NCBI GenBank assembly: GCA_043750125.1
Contig: JAYVCD010000239.1
Span: forward strand, 1 to 55,030
DNA: 55,030 nt
Direction of reading: 5' to 3'
Origin: Archangiaceae bacterium
Lineage (GTDB): Bacteria > Myxococcota > Myxococcia > Myxococcales > Myxococcaceae
Position numbers and translations under genes: made by a program
The notes under the pieces: generated by a model
What the model saw: only the letters and a program-made list of their open reading frames with translations
What the model was told of the DNA's origin: nothing
Database searches by the model: none
Shown: positions 48,049 through 55,030 of the stretch, in pieces
Layout of the letters: each line of letters begins with the position of its first letter
Position numbering within the stretch: position 1 is the stretch's first letter

Positions 48049-48951
48049 CTAGAACCGCTGCGCATTCAGACCGAGTGCTGCAAAAAGTCCCGTCAGGTAG
48101 ATCAACGAGACCAGGAAGAACTGCCGGGCCCATTTCGCATCGAGCTCCAGCCACCAACCGCGGACTCCGACGACGAAGAACCACGCTCCCAGCCCCACGG
48201 CCGCCGCCAGGTAGAGCAGCCCGGCGACATGCAACACGTACGGCAGCACGCTCACCGCCAACAACGCGACCAGGTACGCCACCGCCCAGCGGCGCGCGGT
48301 CCCATCTCCTTTCTCCAGCGGCAGACTGGTCAACCCCGCCCGTCGGTACTCTTCCTTCCGGAACAACGCGATCGCGATGAAGTGCGGCAGTTGCCAGAAG
48401 AACAAGATCGCAAACAGCACCAGGCCGGGCAGCGAGATTTTCCCCGTCGCTGCCGTCCAGCCCATCAGCGGAGGAAGGGCCCCCGGAAAGGCTCCCACCA
48501 CCATCGCCCAATGGGTTCGCGCCTTCATCGGCGTGTAGACCAATACATAGGAAAGCAGGGCAGTCAGGCCGAGCACCGCCGTCAAAGGATTGGCCCCCAG
48601 CGCCAGCGCAGGCAGGGACACCGCCGCCAGGACAAAGCCAAACATCAGCGCCACCCGGGGCTCCATCCGACCACCGGGCAAAGGACGCTTCGCCGTCCGG
48701 GTCATGAAGCGATCGCTGTCGCGCTCGAGATAGCAATTGAAGGTGTTCGCCGACGCGATGACCCCGGCGGTGGCGAGCATCGTCACCAGCCAATGGCTTC
48801 CCGACAGGGGCAAGCCCGACAACCACATTCCTCCCGCGGTGGTGAACAACACCTCGGCCGAAAGGCGCGGCTTGGTGAGCTGAAGAAAATCTCTCACCGT
48901 CGGGCGCGTTCGCAACGACACCGCGACCACCGACGCGTCGACGGCGCCCAT
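48049..48951 (-). CDS. ctaB: Protoheme IX farnesyltransferase (heme O synthase)
   Basis: LTKPR, NCYLERDSDRFMTRTAKRPLP, YTPMK, GALPPLMGW, WQLPHF. Confidence 0.95.
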   Translation of the reverse strand: MGAVDASVVAVSLRTRPTVRDFLQLTKPRLSAEVLFTTAGGMWLSGLPLSGSHWLVTMLATAGVIASANTFNCYLERDSDRFMTRTAKRPLPGGRMEPRVALMFGFVLAAVSLPALALGANPLTAVLGLTALLSYVLVYTPMKARTHWAMVVGAFPGALPPLMGWTAATGKISLPGLVLFAILFFWQLPHFIAIALFRKEEYRRAGLTSLPLEKGDGTARRWAVAYLVALLAVSVLPYVLHVAGLLYLAAAVGLGAWFFVVGVRGWWLELDAKWARQFFLVSLIYLTGLFAALGLNAQRF

Positions 48952-49892
48952 CAGGCTTCCACCGGGCGAGCCGCTGAAGGTCGCGCTTCGACCCGCTGTA
49001 CGCTGATCGCGGGCGCGACTTCTGGCGAGGCGGCCAACCAATACATCCACGTCACGACCGACATCAGCCCGATTCCCAGCGACGAGTGGACATTGATGGT
49101 GAAGATTTCACGCGACAACAGCACCGTCAGCACGCCCAACGTCACTTGCGCCAATACCCCCAGACCTGCGAGCCCGGCGACCCGCTTCAATTTCCGGCTC
49201 GCCGCAGGCTGCCGCCAGATCCAGACCATCAAAGCCAGCACCGCCAACGCCGAGAGGACTCCGAGCAACCGATGAACCATGTGAACCTGCACGGCGGTAG
49301 AACCGTCGAGCGGCCACAGCGTTCCCTGGCACAGCGGGAGGTCGAAGCCACACGCGAGGCCAGCGCGCAGATGGCGCATCACTCCTCCGCCGACGACCTG
49401 CAGAAACAACAGCCCCGCGACCGGAACGATCGCGCGCTTCAACGGTGCAGGCACCGCGGGCAAGCTCGGGCGCGACGGGTGGGTCAGGAAGGCAAGGCTG
49501 GTCATCAGCACGAAGAATGCGGTGGCGACCGCCAGGTGCGCCGAGGTGATGGCCCAGGGCAATCGAAGGATCACCGTCGCGGCCCCGAGCAGGGCCTGCA
49601 CCGTCACCAACAGCGCGGCGGCGATGCCCAGCTTCACCAGGTACGGCTGTTTGCGCCGGTACTTGATCAACAGCGCCATCAAACCAAACGTCATCGTGGC
49701 GACGAACGACGCGACCAACCGATGCGAGTGCTCGTACTGCTTCCCGTCCACCATCTGGGGGATGAACTTGCCCTCGCATAGGGGCCAGTCGGGGCAGGCG
49801 AGCCCAGACTCGGTGACGCTCACCACTCCACCGAAAATGGTGAGGATGAACGTGGCCACGGCAGCGGCAATGGCAAAGCGATGAACGCGCAC
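48951..49892 (-). CDS. ctaA: Heme A synthase (COX15/CtaA)
   Basis: SGLACPDWPLC, EHSHR, QALLG, HL, GLAC..PLC, HMVHR. Confidence 0.93.
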   Translation of the reverse strand: MRVHRFAIAAAVATFILTIFGGVVSVTESGLACPDWPLCEGKFIPQMVDGKQYEHSHRLVASFVATMTFGLMALLIKYRRKQPYLVKLGIAAALLVTVQALLGAATVILRLPWAITSAHLAVATAFFVLMTSLAFLTHPSRPSLPAVPAPLKRAIVPVAGLLFLQVVGGGVMRHLRAGLACGFDLPLCQGTLWPLDGSTAVQVHMVHRLLGVLSALAVLALMVWIWRQPAASRKLKRVAGLAGLGVLAQVTLGVLTVLLSREIFTINVHSSLGIGLMSVVTWMYWLAASPEVAPAISVQRVEARPSAARPVEA

Positions 49893-49957
49893 CGGCCCCC
49901 CTTACCCAGTGCCTGCTGGATTCTCAAGAGACGGCCCACGCCAATTTTGCGGCACGC

Positions 49958-50599
49958 TTACCTGACGGTGAAGGTGAACTTGGGGTCAACCGTTTGGCCC
50001 TCTTCCACCACCACTTCCGCGCGCAGCACCCCCAGCCGATCGTTCCACGCTTCGACGGCATAGGCGCCGGGGGGCACGTCTTTGATTTCGTAGGTTCCAT
50101 CGTCGGCCGTGACCGCGAAGTACGAATGCGCGCTCACCACCACGAACGCCGTCATCCACGGGTGCAGATCGCAGCTCACCTTCACCACATCGCTTGCGAG
50201 CAGATCCTTCTGAAGATCTTGGGCGCGGGGGGGCTGAATGACGTGGAAGAGCGTCGTCTGGCCCGCCGCCGCGCGCACGCTGTGGGTCGTGCCATCGGCG
50301 TTGCGCAGCAGGATCTTCTGCCCTCGCACCGCGCCCTGCAGCCACGGCCTGAAGGTGCAGCCCTTTTCTTCGAGGACGACCGCAGTCGACGGAGCGACCC
50401 CTGCCCCCGCGCCCCGACTGATTCGCACCAGCGCCCTCGGTTCCCATGGGACCAAGGCGCCTTTGCACCCGGGCTCGACCGACTTGACGGTCTGCGGCTT
50501 GAGCGTCCGCCCTTTAAAATCGACGGTGCCTGCGATTCGACCGGAACCAAAACCCGAACAGGCGAGCAGCGCAGCGGGGAGCAGAACCCCCAGCTTCAT
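49958..50599 (-). CDS. Lipoprotein with cupredoxin-like and carboxypeptidase-regulatory-like domains
   Basis: Lipobox LLAC, CTFRP...NADGTTHSV...CDLHPWM...DGTYEIKDVPPGAY. Confidence 0.75.
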   Translation of the reverse strand: MKLGVLLPAALLACSGFGSGRIAGTVDFKGRTLKPQTVKSVEPGCKGALVPWEPRALVRISRGAGAGVAPSTAVVLEEKGCTFRPWLQGAVRGQKILLRNADGTTHSVRAAAGQTTLFHVIQPPRAQDLQKDLLASDVVKVSCDLHPWMTAFVVVSAHSYFAVTADDGTYEIKDVPPGAYAVEAWNDRLGVLRAEVVVEEGQTVDPKFTFTVR

Positions 50600-50603
50600 C
50601 GGC

Positions 50604-52940
50604 TCACTGCGCGAGTTTCGTCATGTCTGCCGCGCACTCGCCCTTCGGAGTGAGCTTCAGGTATTCCGCCGCGGTGGCCTTGATCAGATCCTTGTCCTTC
50701 GGATCGCCCAGCTTGACGAGGAAGCGCGCGTAGTCGCAGTACGCCTTGTCGAATTCCTTCTCGGCGTTGAGCGCGGCCTCGTAAGCGGTGCGCGCTCCGA
50801 CCTTGTCGCCCTTTCCTTCGAGCGAGATTCCCTGCTCAGTGTAGGACGAGGCGACCATCAACGAGTCGCCATAGAACTCTTCGGCCGCGCGCTTGAAGAA
50901 CTCGGCGCTCTTCGCGAAGTCCTTCTTGTCGTCGCGGTAGATCCGACCCAGGGCGTAGCGGGCCTCGGCGTTCTTGACCTTCGGATCTTTGATCGCCTTT
51001 TCGTACTGGGCGATCGCGTCCTCGAGCTTCTTCTGCTTGTAGAGCGCCTGCGCGAGCAAAGTGGTGAGCTTGGGGCTGTCCGGAACGAGGGTGAGCGCCT
51101 TGCGAAGCGCCTCTTCGGCTTCCTTCTCGCCGCCCTCTTTGCGCATCAGCACCTTCGCGAGCTCGACGTGGAAGTGCGCGCGCTGCGAGTTCATCGAGAT
51201 TGCGGTGCGGATTTCGGCCGCGGCTCCGGCGTAATTTTCTTCATAGAGCAGACGCTTGCCGCGAATCAGGAAGAGCTCAGGGTTGCTCTTGTCCTGCATC
51301 GCCATGTCCTCTTCCTTCTGAATCTCAGCGCGGGCCTTTCCGGGGTCGGCACTGACGCCCGTGGCCTTCTGCAGCTCGACCTGGAACTCCTTGTTCGTAT
51401 AGAGCGGAAGGTCGCGCGACACGCGGGAGACCAGGAACGCCTGAACCATGTGCGCCATCGACAGCTGGCGAGGCGAGGGCGGCGGCTGCGACTCGAGCAC
51501 GCGCTTGAGGTACTTGGCCGCGCTGGGGTAACCGCCTGCGGGGTTGGGTTGATCGAGGATCAACAGCGCAGTGCCGATCAACGCTTCGGGGTGCGAATCG
51601 CGGGTGTACTTGAGCGCGGTGCTGAAGTGCTTGAGCGCTTCGCCATCGTTTCCGCGGCGGCGGGCCAGCGTACCCAACGCGGAATACACGCGCGGATCAT
51701 CGGAAGCGGCCTGCTGCGCCGCCTCGAGGTTTTCCTTCGCGCCTTCGAGGTCGCCCTGGTTCATCTGAATCAGGCCCAGCGTCAGCAACAACAAAGAAGG
51801 CCGAGAGCCCTTTTCTTTCAGGTCATCGACGACCGGCTTGAGCTCCTTGATCGCCTCGGCGCCCTTGCCCGAGTAGTACTTCAGCAGCGCCTGGGTCGCG
51901 AAGACCTGGGAAATGGACTCTTTGCCCCGAAGCCGGTTGGCTTCCGCCAGATGTTCTTCCGCGCGTTGGTGGGTCGACTCATCGCCGCCGTGATCCCCCC
52001 AGCGCACCGCGTAGGCGTAAGCGGCGAACGCGTGGGCCTTGTCCGAGTCGGGGTTAATCGACAGCGCCTCTTCGGCGATCTTCGAGGCCTTCTGGTACGA
52101 GTCGTAGCTGTCGCCCTTCAGCGCGTCCTGCGCGAGGACGAGCTTGGCGTTGACCTGCTGCTTCTGGCGGGCCCGGTACTGACCGATGCCGTAGTAGGCA
52201 GAGAGCCCGACGACCACCAGCAGGAAGAGGGCGAGAGTGACGACCGCTCCGCTGGTTCCCTTGCGACGCCCACGGCCCCCCTGCATCTCTGACAGCTCGG
52301 AGATGTCGTTGACTTCCGAAGGATTTTCTTCGCGAACCTGGGAAGCCTGGGTTCGGCGCACCTGCGGCGCGGCTTTGGCCTGAGCGCGCGGGCTGGCTGT
52401 TGCGACGGCCTGCTGACTTCCGGAACTTCCGTTGCTCGAACGCTTCGGCGCCGACGAGCCATTGGTCGCGGCAACCGGAAGGAGGACCGGCGGCGCGACG
52501 ACGACCGGCTTGGGAAGCTCGACCTTGTACTGAATGAAGATCGCCCGGGTGTCTTCATCGGCGGGGTCGATCAACAGCGCCTTGAGCAGGTTCGTCTTTC
52601 CCGCGTCGGCCTCGCCGGTCTTGATCTGCAACGCGCCGGTCATGCGCAGCACGAGCTTGTCGTTCGGCGCGACACCGATCGCGCTGGCAAGCTCTTCGAG
52701 GGCCTTCTTGTCTTTCCCCTGCTCGGCGTACACCCGGGCGAGAAGCACGCGGGGGTCGGGTTTGCTGGGGTGGGCCTTCACACCCTTCTTGCAAACCACC
52801 ATCGCTTCCATGAACCGGCCCATGCCGAGATACGCCTCGGCGAGAGGTCGATAAGCTTCAGAAGCCGGGTCGGTAGCGAAAGCGTGTTCGAGCTTCGCGA
52901 GCTCGGCCGGGCTCAGCGTCTTGGCAGGGGTTGGAGGCAT
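50604..52940 (-). CDS. Membrane-anchored tetratricopeptide repeat protein
   Basis: N-terminal TPRs, low-complexity linker, single TM, long C-terminal TPR array. Confidence 0.88.
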   Translation of the reverse strand: MPPTPAKTLSPAELAKLEHAFATDPASEAYRPLAEAYLGMGRFMEAMVVCKKGVKAHPSKPDPRVLLARVYAEQGKDKKALEELASAIGVAPNDKLVLRMTGALQIKTGEADAGKTNLLKALLIDPADEDTRAIFIQYKVELPKPVVVAPPVLLPVAATNGSSAPKRSSNGSSGSQQAVATASPRAQAKAAPQVRRTQASQVREENPSEVNDISELSEMQGGRGRRKGTSGAVVTLALFLLVVVGLSAYYGIGQYRARQKQQVNAKLVLAQDALKGDSYDSYQKASKIAEEALSINPDSDKAHAFAAYAYAVRWGDHGGDESTHQRAEEHLAEANRLRGKESISQVFATQALLKYYSGKGAEAIKELKPVVDDLKEKGSRPSLLLLTLGLIQMNQGDLEGAKENLEAAQQAASDDPRVYSALGTLARRRGNDGEALKHFSTALKYTRDSHPEALIGTALLILDQPNPAGGYPSAAKYLKRVLESQPPPSPRQLSMAHMVQAFLVSRVSRDLPLYTNKEFQVELQKATGVSADPGKARAEIQKEEDMAMQDKSNPELFLIRGKRLLYEENYAGAAAEIRTAISMNSQRAHFHVELAKVLMRKEGGEKEAEEALRKALTLVPDSPKLTTLLAQALYKQKKLEDAIAQYEKAIKDPKVKNAEARYALGRIYRDDKKDFAKSAEFFKRAAEEFYGDSLMVASSYTEQGISLEGKGDKVGARTAYEAALNAEKEFDKAYCDYARFLVKLGDPKDKDLIKATAAEYLKLTPKGECAADMTKLAQ

Positions 52941-53003
52941 CGAGAAAGAGGCCGGTTTTTATCTCATTCGGGTTCGGATCAGTCAATGTGGTTTCAAGGG
53001 TCG

Positions 53004-53032
53004 TTGACACACTTCTGTCGCTCAAGTATCTG
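53004..53032 (+). promoter_or_regulatory. Probable sigma70-type promoter of tRNA-Ala
   Basis: TTGACA (53004), 17 nt spacer, TATCTG, then a GC-rich discriminator, 14 nt before the tRNA. The -10 match is weak. Confidence 0.45.
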
Positions 53033-53046
53033 CCGCGCGTCGTCAA

Positions 53047-53119
<73 letters not shown>

Positions 53120-53129
53120 CAGGAACCTT

Positions 53130-53162
53130 GAGGCCCCATCGGTAGTTAGCCGGTGGGGCCTC
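53130..53162. terminator. Hairpin downstream of tRNA-Ala
   Basis: GAGGCCCCATCGG ... CCGGTGGGGCCTC stem. Confidence 0.6.
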
Positions 53163-53167
53163 GGTGC

Positions 53168-53374
53168 TCAGTCGGCTGGCTTCTCGAAAGTGTCCAAAAC
53201 GTGTCCAAAATCGGAGGCGATTCCCGCTTCGATCTTCTTCACCGCCTCCCGCAGGTCGTCCTCTCTGACGATGTTGTAGACCGACTCCGGAACGCCCCGC
53301 CGTCGAGCGTTCGTGACAAAGCTCCGGCCTGCGAGAAGGCTGGGCTCACCGGAATCTGGTTCCACGACCTTCGC
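53168..53374 (-). pseudogene. Tyrosine integrase C-terminal remnant (internally inverted and deleted)
   Basis: Minus strand reads RSFVTNARRRGVPESVYNIVREDDLREAVKKIE*. The preceding ACEKAGLTGIWFHDLR lies on the plus strand at 53327-53374. Confidence 0.78.
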
Positions 53375-53679
53375 GGTCGAGCACGTCAGGATGTTGGCTG
53401 AGGCGCTGGTAGCCGACGCCCAACGGGGCTCGGTTACGAACCGTGGCCCGCGCTCTTGCGTCAACCCCGCACGCAAATCTGCCTGATCGACGCCGCCGTC
53501 GGCCAGGCGCTGGGCCGCCAAGACCTCGAGACGGTGGCGGCGTTGGTGAAGCTCGGTGACCAGCTGACCCGTCGGCTGGGAATACTGCTCGATCAGCATC
53601 GGCGTGAACTCGGACACGACCGGTCGCGCGGTGTGCTGGTGATCGGCGCCGCGCAGAACGTCAACGTCGGGACGTTGGG

Positions 53680-54027
53680 GTGAGTGTGCCTTTCTATCCA
53701 GACCAGATTGAACTCATCACGCTGCCGTCGCTGAAGGCGTAGTGCCGAAGCCCGTCAACCTTCAGGAGAGCAACGGCGGTCCGGCTCATCCGACGCAGCT
53801 TCCCGCCGACCGATGTCTCGCTGGTGCGGGTGAACTCGCCAACATCGTTCGGTGGTCAACGGGTCTTCCTGAAATGCCCTCGTATTGACTGCGGCCAGTT
53901 GGTGAACGTGATCGGTTTCGAGCCGCTTGCTGGTTTCGGCTGCAAGCGGTGCCTGCGATGGCGTCGGCGACCGGCCCGCCGGGACTCGACCCTGGTGAAG
54001 GCGTTGCAGGAAGCTCAGGCCCTCTGA
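53680..54027 (+). pseudogene. Degraded mobile-element-type Cys-rich (zinc-binding-like) gene
   Basis: GTG 53680 overlaps the TGA of ORF 53456..53683. An in-frame TAG near 53740 precedes ...FGGQRVFLKCPRIDCG...FGCKRC. Confidence 0.4.
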
Positions 54028-54123
54028 ACATTCCCAGCTGGACGATGCCGGACAACTACTCGATTCCTTCGGGCCGTACCCTCAGGATTCACGGTTGAAG
54101 GAACGTTGAGGGTCGGCACCAGC

Positions 54124-55030
54124 TCACGGCAACTGCAGCTCGAGCGTGTAGGCACCTTTTGCCCCGTCGTATCCAAAGATCTCAATCCAATATCGAGTTC
54201 CTGCAGTTACGGGCATCGTCACCGCCTCTTCAGGGACGGGGCGGGTGTCATTGCATGAAAGGTACATCGAGCCCGAACAAGTCGCCCCGGTGCGCACCCC
54301 GATGGCGATGTCCCAGCCCACAGACAATGCACTGATCGTCAGCATGCCCGCCCGAGGTGCGACGAACTCGAAGACAGAATCAGGGGAGGTCTGGATGAAC
54401 TGGCTGCCGGTGACACAGACGAACGTCTGGTTGAAGCCGGTTGTATCGCCAGCGACAATTGCCCGTGTTCCATTGAGCGTGAGCACTCGCGCATCAGCAC
54501 AGCCGTCACCGAGTGTCGTAGAGCGGCTAACCGTCAATGAGTAGTTGCCACCGTTGCCAGCCTGGGAATCGGCGACGACGACGTAATTGCCGGACGCGAG
54601 GGCGGTGCTCTGGAATCCGACCGCGGAGCCCAACGAGGCAGTCGCCTTGCAGATGTTCACAGGACCGCTGCAGCCGCCTTCATGGAGCGTGACTGCTGGA
54701 GCCACCGATGCATTGCCACGATTAACCGCGAAAACGTACGCCGGGGTCGGCAGGTTGAATGCAAACGCCAGGTCGGGCCCCAGCAGCGAAAGCGAGCCAC
54801 ACTGATCTGACGCTGTGCTTCCACCCACGAGGAAGCCGCTAGACTCGAACGTGTCGTTGACGAACGTCGGCTGGCCCGGGCTTGCGCAAGTTCCTCCGGT
54901 GTTAGCTGTTCCACCGCCCGCTCCGCCGCCAACTCCGCCACCAGAACCACCACCAACTCCGCCACCGGCTCCACCGCCTCCGCCAACGCCACCACCGGCT
55001 CCACCGCCAACGCCACCAGCTCCGCCGCCG
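54124..55030 (-). CDS. 5'-truncated secreted protein: Gly-rich linker plus two Cys-containing beta-sandwich (PPC-like) repeats
   Basis: Frame is open to the window end (GGGAGGV...), then GTC/DGC...PD..F.F....G.Y......G.Y.L repeats. Confidence 0.7.
   Translation of the reverse strand, partial: GGGAGGVGGGAGGGVGGGGGAGGGVGGGSGGGVGGGAGGGTANTGGTCASPGQPTFVNDTFESSGFLVGGSTASDQCGSLSLLGPDLAFAFNLPTPAYVFAVNRGNASVAPAVTLHEGGCSGPVNICKATASLGSAVGFQSTALASGNYVVVADSQAGNGGNYSLTVSRSTTLGDGCADARVLTLNGTRAIVAGDTTGFNQTFVCVTGSQFIQTSPDSVFEFVAPRAGMLTISALSVGWDIAIGVRTGATCSGSMYLSCNDTRPVPEEAVTMPVTAGTRYWIEIFGYDGAKGAYTLELQLP

Noticed and set aside
53168-53617. 149-aa ORF as an intact gene
   Set aside because: It is a chimera of an integrase tail, an inverted fragment and the antisense of another remnant.

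Overview
High-GC bacterial chromosome segment, most likely from a myxobacterium (Myxococcota). This is inferred from an AgmX/PglI-type C-terminal domain, many Gly/Cys-rich lipoproteins, a PilZ-REC protein, a Ser/Thr kinase and an enlarged TatC. It is mostly housekeeping and envelope genes: a satellite microcompartment locus (two EutN/CcmL pentamers plus a class II aldolase), a two-component triad, MBOAT/SGNH O-acetylation genes, leuB, tatBC, MCP, an HDAC-methyltransferase-SDR-kinase run, MATE, PBP1A, RluA, cax, ctaB/ctaA, and tRNA-Ala(CGC) followed by a decayed integrative element. The main finding is a minus-strand cassette at 40326-47953: a stand-alone PqqD/RRE protein, a ~1780-aa Ig-repeat/FG-GAP surface lipoprotein, an unannotated 49-aa peptide (MNHRPRRTWKPPAILSVLIDGPNQLLALSPCQPPTVLCSSGLTCGPPGC, 42092-42241, absent from the ORF track), an HPr-kinase-like kinase, and an S24/S26 peptidase-GNAT fusion. 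It looks like a RiPP-type peptide-modification system with no cyclase or radical SAM enzyme, coupled to a giant adhesin. All calls come from reading motifs by eye; no searches were run.
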